Positions 24,761-37,721 of a stretch of DNA of 64,000 nucleotides are shown here, in pieces (position 1 is the stretch's first letter; each line of letters starts with the position of its first letter). Position numbers and translations under genes: made by a program. The notes beneath the pieces were generated by a model. It made no database searches. It saw only the letters and a program-made list of their open reading frames with translations, and was not told the DNA's origin. Source of the stretch: Okamejei kenojei. Lineage: Eukaryota. The stretch is from positions 9,486,001 to 9,550,000 of the forward strand of contig CM069166.1 of assembly GCA_035221665.1 (NCBI GenBank), written 5' to 3'.

Positions 24761-25339
24761 AACATCAGTTTGCTAACTAGTTAATGCAATGGTAAGTAGT
24801 GCAAACAGAAATACAAAATTATGTTGACTGATTTAATAAACAGGTAAAACTGTGGCAAAACACATTGATTAAAGGGAAGGCTGTCTACACAAAAAGCAGA
24901 CAGGTACTTGTAAGTGGATTGAAAAGGAAAAAAAATGCTCATCTACACTTTGCTAAAATATCTATCTTTATGCGCAAGCAGCTAAAATTGCTGCCAAACC
25001 ATGGATGTCATATGTATTGTGACTAAACCCTAACATATCATTGCAACTAAACCCAAATAAAAGGACAAATTTCCTGGTCTGTACATATCAAGATAAACTA
25101 ATAACACTACCAACATTGTGGATGTCACAACATGGCCAGTATATTTTGATCATTGATAAATGTTGTCATTTCAAAAGTCTGCTCCACTTAGAAGGGCAAT
25201 GGTGTGCCTTTCACAAGAGCAATGCAACGGCAACACCGCTTGCCAAGCCGGTCAATACATGTAATCAGGGCTACGTAATGAAGTAAGATGTTGTTCCTCA
25301 AGTACCCAACTGCAGTCACACACTCTAGCTAGTATCTGG

Positions 25340-25555
25340 CTTTAGTTTGGTTTAGAGATACAGCATGGAAGCAGGCTGTTCGGCCCACCGAGTGAGGGAG
25401 GAACTTGAAGATCTCGAAGAAAACCCAAGCAGGTCACGGGGAGAATGTACAAACTCGGTACAGACAAATACACGTAGGCAGGATTGAACCTGGGTCTCTG
25501 GCAATGTTTGCGCTCTAAGGCATCACCTCTACCGTTGCACCACTATGCCACCCAG
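25340..25555 (-). mobile_element. HE1/V-SINE-like SINE
   Basis: Reverse complement of the same head, core and tail. Confidence 0.75.
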
Positions 25556-25734
25556 TCCTTACAAATGCATTGGTCCTTATAAAAGTGATAGCTTATACCT
25601 TCCACGTTTTTTCATCACTTGCCTAATACCCAGTGCAGAACATTCACTTGTGAATTATCCCGAGTAACATTAACTTGAAGCAATGACTGTGGGTAATTAC
25701 ATAAGTGTTCATCCCTGTGATGTGCACTGTGTTG

Positions 25735-25980
25735 GGGTGGCACAGCGGGTAGAACTGCTGCCTCACAGCGCCAGATGTCACAGGGAGAAGGCAGGAGAAT
25801 GTGGTTAGGAGGGAGAGATAGATCAGCCATGATTGAATGGCGGAGTAGACATGATGGGCCAAATGGCCTAATTCTATTCCTATCACTTATGATCTTATGA
25901 TGATTCTGACCTAGGGTGCTGTCTTTGTGCGTATATGCACGCTCTCCCTGTTTCCTCCTGGTGCTCTGGCTTTCATTAAC
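25735..25980 (+). mobile_element. V-SINE head interrupted by a CR1 3' tail (about 25780-25900)
   Basis: GGGTGGCACAGCGGGTAGAACTGCTGCCTCACAGCGCCAGA, then GATCAGCCATGATTGAATGGCGG...CTTATGATCTTATGA, then the SINE resumes. Confidence 0.7.
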
Positions 25981-27360
25981 TACAGTTATGACAAAGATTC
26001 AATGTTGAGGATTCAATGTTTTGCAGTTCTCCTGCTGTGTACAGCAGGATTGCCATGTAAAAATAATGCAACGGATGAGTGTCCAACAAATTGCTGAAGA
26101 GGACAATACAAAATCAAATTCCAGATCTTATTTTATATTTTCATTTATTTATTTTTTAAAAAGGGAAAATGATTTGAGAACATGATAGTTGAAAGCCATT
26201 TTGACTGCTAAAACTAAATGGGTAATTTATTCTAAACACTGCTGAGATTTCGAAGTATTTGGTGAAAATTCAGTCTCCTCGGGCAGGGAATGGAGAGATA
26301 CGGATAATGTGCAGCTCAGAGTTGGGACTATGCATCCTGTTGTGGGCCGAAGGGCTTGTTCCTGTGCTGTTCTGTTCTACATTCATTAATCTGTCCCAAG
26401 GCAAAAACAGAGCCATGACAGAAAGCTAAAAAAAAGGGAAGATTGAGTCCTGGTAAAACAACTTCAAAGACTTTTATTTTAATAATCAGAGCTACACTGC
26501 ACTTGCAGTAAACATGCAAGTGCAGTAAACACAGAGCTCATTCAACAGGCCATTTGCAACAGTTCACGAGGATGAATAACTACCAGTTAAGAAAAATCAG
26601 CAATGGGTAATAAATGCTAGCCTTGTCAGTAGTGCTCATATACTGAGAGCAAATTAGGAAACAAGAATTGGAGACTGAAAATGGTAGTTGCATAAATATT
26701 ACCAGATAAAATGTAATGCACTCATGTGGATTTTGGGATATTGGTTTGCAACGGATGTCCCTCAGTTTAAATAGGTATACCGGAAAATATCAAGGTAAAA
26801 TCAAACAGAAAATCTCATTAAATTTGCTGTTAGAAGTGCATGGGTCCACCTTCTGAGGAGTTTTTAAACAATTGCCAGTGTACCAGCTTATCTAGGATTT
26901 TAGTACGGAAATATTTATGTAACTTTGAAGAGACGTTATAAATATTGGGCAAACTTTCAACCTCTCCCCCATCCAACAGCGATACATCATTCAGCGACTA
27001 AGGCAACTGAACTAACAGCTTCTAAATAGTCAGATGCTATCAATATGGTGTTACAAGTTCCAGGACATTGTTAGTGAGGGTTAGGTATCTGCCATAACTA
27101 GTCTTCTGCACCAAAATTACAGAAGAACAAAAACATTATTAAAATGTAAAGAAGTCCTTAGTTTTTTTTTAGCTGAAAGGGCTTCACAGGAACTGGCTCT
27201 TAAAGTGGTAGGTGAAATCTGACAGTTAGCCTGTCTTTATTTGGAGTTCCAACCTACGCCTTTAAGATGAGAACGCTGCACAGAAACAAGTGACCAATTT
27301 TTCTTTTTCTTTTTTATAATTATGTGAACATGTTTGCTTAAACACCAAACACAAACTTAC

Positions 27361-27855
27361 TTCTCTTTTTCTTTGGATGGGGCTCCTCGTCCTCGGATGG
27401 CATGGAGGAGCTTGGGGTGCATTCAGTTATGTTGCTTTGGCTCAGATCAGTGGGAGTGTAGCACTCGTTCGGAGGCATTTTGTCTGTCTCTGGATTCTTC
27501 TGCACCGGTGAGGTTGGGAAGCCCAGCTCTACTGTTTTGGGCTGCACCGGCTCCAACTTCACTGTCTTACCCCCTGGTAATGAACACAGCTCCCCTGGCA
27601 ACTCCTTAACTTTTTCTATTGATTTGATATTGTTTCTGATGGGCTTTGGAAGGGGGCGATCCTGCACACAGTTCACAGAGGTACCGGGACTAATATTGGG
27701 CTTCTGGCGGATCCATTCCCTCAGGGTGTCTATCGGTGAGCCGTTGATGTGCCATTCAGTCACCCCGAACTGTCTGAGATGGGCTCTGGCATGGCTGGCT
27801 AAAGCTTTCCGGTTTTCAAAGTAGTGGCCGCATAATTCGCAGCAAGTGTCTGCAG
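27361..27855 (-). CDS. WIZ: WIZ exon 7 (zinc finger CCELCGHYFENRKALASHARAH; PTDLS motif)
   Basis: cctgcag|CT...AGA A|gtaag; 495 nt, phase 1->1; within ORF 27338..27880. Confidence 0.95.
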
Positions 27856-29605
27856 CTGCAGGGAAGAGACCAGGACACAAATCAACTTCTTAATGTGGCT
27901 CCAGTCGCTTCATTATGCAGCTATCGTTCAAATGAAATTAATGTACAACAGTCCCAATTGTAAAGACTGGAGTTTGTTCTGTACATGCTGAGCTAAGATA
28001 TTTGGTGCATAGACGGTGGTTAGTCCAGCCATTAAGCCAATGTCAAATTATCAACATTTAAACCAGTCCCAATCATCTGCTCATCTACCTTTATAAATGA
28101 CATTTATCAAATATTTATCCATCGTCCTCCCAAAGTGCATTATTATGTGTGTCAGGGAGCATTCTCCTTATCCTAATAAACCTGTGCTTACATAAGCTTA
28201 TAATTCTGCCCTCTTATTAAAACCCTTTTGAATTGAACTACAGGGTACTAAAACCATTTTGAATTCAACTACAGCTCCCACCATCCAATCTTAATGGAAA
28301 AATGCTCCATGAGATGACGTGGATTCCAGTGCATAAATCTGCAGAGAAGCGAATTGTCGGTTCAGTGTGGGCTTTTCCTGTTGGCGGAGTAAGTAAAGAA
28401 AATGACTCTGAGGTACTGGCCAGGGATGGTTTCTGTGTTGAGTTAGCTGGTCTCAGCCAGGAACAAAGTGGGAGAACTACAAGTGAATGGACAACCTGTT
28501 GGGGCAAAGGAGGAGATTAAATTAAATCTTGTTGGGATTTCTTATGATATGCGACAGGACTTAGGGCAAGGTCAAGATCAGACCCAGTTGCATTGCTCTC
28601 CGTGGTTTAAATCTGTAGATATTCTCAGTCTCGGGCTCCAATGTGAAGAATGCATACATAAAGGACTGGTCCCAACCTTAAGACCTGCAAACGAGAAAGC
28701 CAGTGCCTGAAGGAGACAAAGAGAAACTGGAAAAAACACAAGTAAAATAAGAATTGCCTTTCCACACAACGAGTTTGCTTCATCAAGACAAGAGATTGTT
28801 TTCTAATTACTCTACTTTGAGCGCTTAAATGTCCAGTTAATGCTTAATATCAAAGAGTTCATGCAAGATACCTGCAGTTTAAACTCCCACCCTTGGGCAC
28901 TAATACCATAAGAAATATAAATACAGCGATATTTAGTGGAATAAAAATGGCTTTTTTATAGATTTGAATAAGTAATTTTACCTCTTGTTGTTTCCACCTG
29001 CTGTTAATAATTGAGAGATGAGCAGATGAAACCCATAAAGAAGAAACTCAAACGAAACAGTACTGTTATCTCAAAATGTAAAGATAATCAAGTAGATTAT
29101 TAATGCATCATGGTATCCAAAAGATTGAAATTTGTTTAAGGCCAATCCTTTTCAATAAAATAAATGAATACCAGCCTTGAAATACAGCTGTACTCATTAT
29201 GAGGAGTTTTTTTGTTTAACAATGCACAACTTTAACGGTGTGCAGCCATTCATCTGTCTTCATTGCTGAAGAAATAGGTCCAGAAAATGTCACCTTGTCA
29301 TGTAGGTGTCACCTTGACTGTTAAGCTCTTGACAGCCTTTCAACTTTGCAATATTTTCTCCCTCATGAAAAGCTGCACAAATTAGCTTCAGCTTCTCTCC
29401 AGGAAACTCAAGGTGTGCTTCTATGCATGGTCGGGTCAGTGTACACAGGTTGTAAAGAAAATGGGATAACCTGGGAATTTTTCTTGCAAACAGCTGCTGA
29501 GAAGCAATCCCAGATGTACAGAGCAGCCTGCCCACTGATCAATAATATGGTACCATAACATGCAGCACGGTGAAAGAAAATAGTACTCGAAATAGACTGA
29601 CTTAC

Positions 29606-30157
29606 CAATTACCGGTGTCGTTGTCACCTTCTCCTGTGGAGACCAAGTGGCCTTCGGCTTATAGGAACCCGATTCCGTGTAGCTGGGCTTCAATTCATGT
29701 GTCATGGCTCTTTCATCTGGCATGGATTTCTTTAGTGATGCAGTCGATACAAAACCCATGGGTATTTTCTTTCCCAGAGGTGACAAGGTTGGATGTTGGC
29801 TGTTAGGTGTATAGGTCAATACTTTTCTAGTTGGGGCTGTCAGATGCTTTTGATGCATCACCTTAACGGGTGACTTAATAATATGTCCAAATGGCTTAGC
29901 AATGGGTTTCTCCTCGTATTTGTAGTTCTGGGGGTCTTGTTGCAGCCCCTGTTGCTCTGGGTCGTGGCCAAATGGTTCATGCTTCCCCTTTCTTTTCATC
30001 AGCTCCTTTAGTGTGTCAATTGGTGAACCGTTCACTGTCCATTCAGTCACCCCAAACTGCCTCAGATGCGACCTGGCATGGCTCGACAGTCCCTTGCGAT
30101 TCTCAAAGTATTCACCACAGAATTCACAACGGACATCTTTGCTAGGTTGATCAACTG
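29606..30157 (-). CDS. WIZ: WIZ exon 6 (zinc finger CEFCGEYFENRKGLSSHARSH)
   Basis: ggcag|CAG...ATT G|gtaag; 552 nt, phase 1->1; within ORF 29436..30164. Confidence 0.95.
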
Positions 30158-31314
30158 CTGCCAAAACAAAGACATTTGATCTGAGATTTAATTTGAAGGA
30201 AGACTCTTATAAGATGAACTGAAAGTAAAATAAGTGAGGTGGGGGGGTGGGGGGGTGGAAGAGGGGGAAAATATGACGAATATGAAATATTTTAGTTAAT
30301 AACCTACATCGTGTATTAACATTGAAAAGCCAGGCTAAGACCAAAATCTTCCTTTTCTCAGTGAGACATTTACAATTGCCACACCACAACCACCCCCGAT
30401 TCTTGATTATCAAGAACAGTATTATCATTTAAGTGCTTCCAAATTTTAAATATATTTTTCTTAGACAAAGTGAACCTGATAATTCCCTGAATCAAAGATT
30501 CCCGAGCTGTGTTGTTTATCATGGGATGGGGAGAGATACACAAGATAAATTGTGCAATGAAAGATTCACTGAGGCTTGGGTATTTAACACAGGGGGAGGT
30601 CAGGATGTTGAATAGATAGATGTTAATAATAGGCACATAAGGGTTAAAGTATAAAACATTTGCCAGTTGAAGTAAGCAGAATAGCTGGTTAATCTGGAAC
30701 AATGTAATAAATTATCAATGTATGAGATAATGAATTACTCCAGCACTTTGTGATTATCAATGTATCACCTATGTACAGAGGAGGAGAATGGAAAGCCTTG
30801 TTCTATCTATCAAAATTTAAAACCCACTGAAATGTTGGGCCAGTTAGTTGTTGGGCATTTTCTAATGTTTATACTTGCTGCTCTTGTAAATTGAAAACGC
30901 ATGTGTAACAAAAGCTTCTTCACGAGGTGGACCGGATTCAGACCATCAGACTTCTTGCTGTGTGTAATATAAGCTGCTCTGCAGAACATTAAATATCATT
31001 AAATACTCAGTAACTCAGTGGGTCAGACAGCATCTATGGAGAACATGGATAGGTATTCACCAGAGATGCTGCCTGACCCACTGAGTTTGCGCCTTTTTTT
31101 TGGTAAACCTGCGCCTGCAGTTCCTTGTGTGCTCATTTAAACGTCTGGACAAACAGCTAAATCAATATCCACGCAGAAACACACCTGTGAAACTGTCCTA
31201 TACCCCTTTCGTTAGCATGTCTTCCCCAGCCAACAATGGGCCATAATCGACTCTATTCTCCCCGAGGTCATCTGTTGCCAGACACCATTATTCTGGCCTT
31301 TTCTCGCTTCCAGG

Positions 31315-31485
31315 CATACCTAGCCAATTAACCTACAAACCTGTACGTCTTTGGAGAGTGTGAGGAAACCAAAGATCTCAGGGAAAACCTATGTGGTCAA
31401 ACTCCGTACAGACAGCACCCGTAGTCGGAATCGAGCACGGGTCTCTGGCACAGCAAGCGCTGTAAGGTAGCAGCTTTGCCGCCCT
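31315..31485 (-). mobile_element. HE1/V-SINE-like SINE fragment
   Basis: GCCAATTAACCTACAAACCTGTACGTCTTTGGAG...CAGACAGCACCCGTAGTC. Confidence 0.75.
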
Positions 31486-32838
31486 AAGGAATGTTTCTTA
31501 GCTATGTCTAATTCAAGTTGCTTTTGCGTATTAATAGTTACATCGTCCTTCAGCGGGATAATACTCCTGAACACAGCTAATGCTGTTGCCATGTCCTTTG
31601 ATTCATTGCATCAGGGTTGATTTTCTAGCTTGATAATAACAGTAGAACGAAGAACATACCAGGCCATAAAGTTACAGATTGTGGTGTGAGATAATTTTGC
31701 AGATTGCCCACAGCATTCCACTGTGGGGAAATCTTTAGGGAATAAGGTCATTTTAGATGTTAAATCTGTCCTGAATTTATCCCATTTAGCATGCCTGCAG
31801 TAAACACAAGGGCCACATAACAGAGAAGATTCTCAATCTGAAAACTGGACTGCATGGTTATCATTTATATCAATACTATTATGGTCAGATGAATATGCAA
31901 CAGGTAGAAGAACGAGGATAAAGTTAGGATGGCTGATCAACACTGCCACACTTTGGCCGTTATTTCCCTCAGGAGTTGGTCATCTCGGTCAGTGGTGCTT
32001 ACTCCGGGTGATGCACAAAATATATTTGGCGCTCTTGCTATTCTCAATGCTTCTTCCATGTAGTGTTCAATATGATGGAGTATTTCTTCACAGTTTAATG
32101 ACAGTAGCATGTGATTTGCTTGTCCATGAATGTCCCGATATCATGGGATCTGTCATATCCGTCACACCCACTGCTATCAAGCCAGAAAAGCAACAGTGGT
32201 GCAAGGCGTGCAAAGGCACAAGGCTAGAGTGGTATCAGGTATAACTGCAAGGTGCCAACACCAAAGACTAAGAGCCACTGCCTTCTATCCTTTTATTATT
32301 ACTATTCTGCCATATTTGGTAGCTATGCCTTGCCTGTGAGACATGGATCATGATGCAGAACTCTAGGTGCTGGCTGAAAAAAAGTTTCATTCTGCAGGGA
32401 CAACAACATCAGGCCATCGATAACCATTACTGATATAGTATTTTTTTTAATTTCTATTTATCTTTAGAACTGAAAATAAGTTCCCCGGTAACAGTATCAG
32501 CATTGAAACACTCCTCTAGATCTGCAATTTAGACATAGATTTCCAGCCCTGTAATTTAATCTCAACGTTTTAATATTTATGTTCCCAACAGTGCTGTTGC
32601 CTTCAATCAATTATTTAGATAAGAGGAACCAGTAATTGCTGAGTTGTCACTGCTGAACAAGTAGCTTACAAATTAGTCACTTGACAAAAAACCTATTGTC
32701 AAAATTTCTCTTTTCAAGATGTGGGAATTTCAGTGACATCTCAACAATTTCATACCAAAGGTTTACCATATATATCAGCACCGACAATAATTCAAAATAT
32801 ATTTTGGCTCCTTAACAGTCCAACACTTTTACTATTAT

Positions 32839-33043
32839 AGACACAAAATGTTGGAGTAATTCATTTGGTCATGTAGCATCTTTGGAGAAAATAAAAAGTT
32901 AGGGGACTCTCAGTCTGAAGAAGGGTCTCAACCCAAAATATCACCTATTCCTTTTCTCCAGGGATGCTGCCTGTCCTGCTGATTCATTCCAACATTTTGT
33001 GTCTATCTACAGTATAAATCAGCATCTGCAGTTCCTTCCTACA
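32839..33043. mobile_element. Palindromic Penelope terminal-repeat element with imperfect 16-bp flanking duplication
   Basis: AGACACAAAATGTTGGA / TCCAACATTTTGTGTCT arms; flanks ACACTTTTACTATTAT / ACACTCTTGCTATTAT; GAAA mutated. Confidence 0.8.
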
Positions 33044-34039
33044 CTCTTGCTATTATTACTAACTATTATCAGTTGGTATGGCGTATATATTCGGGCCATC
33101 AGGGAATTGCATTGAGTGCCCAAAGTCAATTTAATAAAACCTTATCTCAAGGACACGCATAATTTCTACCCAGTGTAAAATCAAGTAAAGTTTACAAAAA
33201 CTCTTCTCAAGAAGCTCAAATATCTATATTGCTGAAAGGAATTGACTGAGCACTAAAAAGTTTAATGTGCATTTGTTCCAAAGAAAGACAATGTTAAATT
33301 AGACCACTGACCCAAAACCTACCCCAGCCTCCAACAAAAGCATCCTTCTGCAAACCTCCCACTGCCCAGTGGGGTGGGACGGCACTCGCCTGGTTCCATA
33401 CTCTATCCAATCACAGCGAGAAAACAAGTAGCAGTGGCCAAACCATGACCTCCGCTATCTCATAGATTGCCCAATTGGCAAGATCATCACACGTCTATTT
33501 TTCTTACATAATACTAAGAACCCCTAATTTAAACTAATCACTCCCTCTCTTTTTCTGTCAGGTTACTTCTTTGATATTCAGCAACAGACAAGTAAAAAAT
33601 TCCTCTGATTAAGTACTGGGATGACTGGGGTTTCCAGCCACTGAATGCATCTCTATGATATCTGAAACAGACCCGAACTGAATGCAACACGTTGTCATAT
33701 CAGAACTCAAGATAAGCTTTGGACTACACAGCCTCAACCCGTGGCAATATCTGAAACAGAGCTAAACTATTTGCAACTTTGATTTCATATTTGTCCTTTA
33801 GTTGAGTTTCTGACCTCGTATCTGTGCCATCAGCAAAATCTCCTTCCCAATGACTCCCCAACTCCACTTCTGCTTCAGTTTATCATCCATTTCGCTAGGT
33901 TTGACTATGCCAACTGACCCATAGACAGGCTACCTCATTAAAATTTCTATTAACTTGAGATCAAGCACTATTGTCCTTACCTCAAACAACACCAAATTCA
34001 ATTCAACCACTACCTCAATCTTTTGAGGACTGGAATACA

Positions 34040-34580
34040 AAAATAGGGAAATGTTACCCCATTACATATGGCATTAGTGAGACCACATCTGGAGTAATGT
34101 GTACAGGACTAACATCCTTATTAAAAGGATATAAATGTATGAGAAGACATTTGGAGATGGGTTACTAGACAGGACTGGTACCTAGATGGGTTGTCTGAGG
34201 AAAGGTTGTACCAACCAGGCTAGTTTATGCTGTTCAGCAGATGCGATTAAAACAAGTAAGGGATCTTGACACTGTGGATGCGGAGAGGATATTCCTCTTA
34301 TGAGAAAATGTAAAACTATGATCACTTTTAAAAATAAGATTTTGTCCATTCAAGACAAACAAGGGGAAATTTCTTTGGCCAAAGATGGAATGTTTTAAAC
34401 TCTCTTCTCTAAAAGATCTTTGCAAGAGTCTTTGAAATTGTTTTGGAAAGTAGGCAGATTTTTGAGAGGCAAGAGGGAAATGTTACTATTGGAATGAGGA
34501 AATGTGAACCTCAGGATACAATCACATCAGATGTGAACATGTTAAATGGCAGAGGAGACAGTAGATACCAAGGAGCAGTA
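34040..34580 (+). mobile_element. Old CR1-like 3' fragment
   Basis: TAGTGAGACCACATCTGGAGTAATGTGTACAG (LVRPHLEYCVQ-like) and a downstream degenerate tail. Confidence 0.55.
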
Positions 34581-35764
34581 ACTTTCTAATTCATATTTAT
34601 ATTCTCTGATTTTTTTTTGCTTATTTGCCCTCATAACTTGCATGGTTAATTATTCAAGAATCCGATTCAAAATAAGCCCTCAATGCTTTGGCATAAAAGC
34701 TAACCTAAGTGGTGTGCTGATAGAATTAACCTTAAATGCTGGCTATTCTTTCAAAGACCCAGTGGCGCTTTTTGAGGAGCAGGGTGGCCTTTGGTGGAAA
34801 GCAGTGAAGGAAGACACTCTGTTACAAGGTCAAGATGCTGAGGTTGTCCCTACCTCAACCTCCCTCCCCGTTACCACTCCATCCTGCATATATTCACTGA
34901 AAAGCAGTACTGTTTACAAGAGGAGATAAAAGAACAAGAGCCACAAATTTGACTCCGCTATATTTTATTATACGGTCTGATACCGATGAGAATAAGCTTG
35001 TTTTAAAAGTAAAGATGCTCTGACCTTTCCTCCAAGGGCTACACATAGACTTGGCCCTCATTTGCAAGAAAATGAGTGAAAGTATACACTAGAGTTCCAC
35101 AAACAAGTCCTGTAAATCCAAATGCGTTGAAAGATGAATATACTTTATGTTTAAAGCGATAATCACTATTTCAAGGCACATTCAAAAGTACTTAACATGG
35201 ATAGTAATTACCAAGTATTAATGGTAACATTTACTATCCAAATCCTGTGTGCCTCAGTTAAAATGTATTTGGTTTATATTAGAAATGGATATGGACTGGA
35301 CGATTTAAACTATATTAAAAAGAAAATAATTTCAGCTAATTTTTAAAGCACTGCGCTTCATTGGATAAGCTAAAATTTGCAAGTCTACATTTGGAATTCT
35401 CATTCCATAGGATATTTATGTTTTCCACCACTGCTCTAGATCAATAAATTTCTAGTTCATTAGACCACATTAGCCATCACACGGAGCACATATGGTAGCT
35501 GGAAGACCGATTACTGTGACATACCACAGAAAAGGACAGAGAATTCAAGAGAAAAGGAATTAAGAGGGCAGAGCAATCCATATAATTGAATGAGTTATTA
35601 GCTTATCTAAAATCTGCGGGCAACCCACCACGAAGTTTTACCATTTACATGACTTGCGCTACCTTTTATTCCACATATATATATGTAAAACTTCCACTAA
35701 TTTTCAAGAGCACAATAAACACATTTTCTGCTTGTGTCTCGGCAACAGGGAATTAAAAACCTAC

Positions 35765-36310
35765 TTAAATGGAGGGGTGAAGCTTCTCCTCTGGGTGGCC
35801 ACATTTGTTCTGGTAAGTAACTGTCGCTCTTCAGTGAAGTTGCTGGCTCTTCGGGGTTATACTCTATTTTGAAATGTTCCTGTTTCACCCTTTTCAGCGG
35901 GTTCGGTTTCATCTTTTTCAATGGTGACGGGGAGAGAAATTGGCCCTGAACCTTTTTGGGTAGGAGTGATCCCGATGGAACCTGCCGGACGGATGGAATG
36001 GTCAGACTGAACTTAGTTGATTTACCCGTAGCGGGCGAGAAAGTATGCGTGTTCTCAGTTGGTGATTTCATGCCAGTTGCCACTGGCTTTGGGGACACTT
36101 TGAGCCCAGGTGTGACAGATGATTCAAAAGGATGCATTTTCCTTTTCATGAGCTCCTTCAATGTGTCTATTGGCGAACCATTAACTGTCCATTCGGTCAC
36201 CCCAAACTGCCTCAGGTGTGACCTTGCGTGACTTGACAGCCCCTTGCGGTTCTCAAAGTAATCACCGCAAAATTCACAACGCGTCTCTTTGCTAGGCGTT
36301 GAATCAATCG
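35765..36310 (-). CDS. WIZ: WIZ exon 5 (zinc finger CEFCGDYFENRKGLSSHARSH)
   Basis: tacag|CG...TTA A|gtagg; 546 nt, phase 1->1; includes most of ORF 35697..36200; ends ...SPLHL. Confidence 0.95.
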
Positions 36311-37349
36311 CTGTAAATAAAAAAAAGGGGAAATTGCAATGAACATTTTTTCATATATGACTTCCCCTTAAACATAAGTGAAATTGATTGGTCCACTTTA
36401 GGTCTCCTTATGCCATAAGCCTTTCCTTGATTTGATGAGCAAGCAGGCGACAGGACAATGCTGTGTAAATTAAGCACAGGAAGAAAGTGGTCTAGGTTAT
36501 TTTCATGCATTCCCAAGGAGAAACACTTGGTGTTCACATGCCACAACCAGGGTTTGGCATAAGGAATGTACAGCAAATCGTAGGATGGGGCTTAACATCA
36601 GCTATAACATGCAGCATAACTTGGTCACAATCACCCCCACCCTGTAACCCTCCCCTCAATTCACAACTCTAATTTACCCATCTTTCTCTTCCTAAAATAT
36701 GACCACGGCAGTCTTGTGTCCAGTGACTCAAGCAACTAGACACAGCAACTTTGTCAGCTCACATGAACGATCATTTATCTTGTTTGTGAGCCCAGACATC
36801 AAATGCCAGAAGTCTTCTAAAGCATCATATAAAAAGCCACCAGCATCTATTTGATATGGAAGGCAATACTCTGCAACCAAATCATGGGTTTTATTTTATC
36901 TTCTCATCTAAAGTGAAATAACCCAGCAGATTTGGACTTGACTCAAGGTCCTTAGATCCCGTAAGAATCACTACACACGGCAGCATTTTTAATCCATTAC
37001 AAAACTGAGGGAACAGAAACGGTCAATCGGAATTTCTCCACGCATCTCATGACAAAGTGCTCAAGAATACTCTACGCTTAAGAATCAGAAAAGGCTGCAA
37101 GGTCATCAACAAAAGATGGATTTGACTTATTTTACAATTTCAAATGGCTGAAGTACATACCAAATCACCAATTACAATAAAATTGGAAACTTACTTTGCG
37201 CATTGAAACTCTTGGACACAATATATTAAGTACTTCAGTACATCAGATTATTTAAAAGTGCTCCTTTTCTAATCAATTCACAATACTATTTTTCCAGCAT
37301 TATTTTCTGCATTCTTGCTTTCAGACATATGGCTGTGCATTCTATCAAC

Positions 37350-37688
37350 AAGGAACTGCAGATGCAGGCTTACAACAAAAGACAAAGTGCTGAAGTAACT
37401 CAGCATGTCAGGCAATATCTCTGGAGAACATTGATAGGCGACGTTTGAGACTGACTGTCGGAGGGAGGAGAGAAAAGCTGGAAGAAAGAAGGGGAAGGAC
37501 AACACTGGCAAGTAATAGGTTGATAAAAGCCATCTGCCAAGTTTTGATAGGCAGATGGCTGGAAAAAGACCAGAAATGAAAATACATTAGGTATGAGATG
37601 AAAGGAATGGAGAGCTGCAAATTGTGATGCTTGGGGAAGGAATGTAGGTGTAAAGGAATGTGAGAAATAGGTGCAGGTGGGTCTGGGG

Positions 37689-37721
<33 letters not shown>

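Noticed and set aside
31950-32340. Possible old LINE fragment
   Set aside because: Too degenerate to assign a family from sequence alone.
37685-37720. Poly-G run as a functional element
   Set aside because: Lies within the decayed Penelope 3' region; homopolymer length is unreliable in assemblies.
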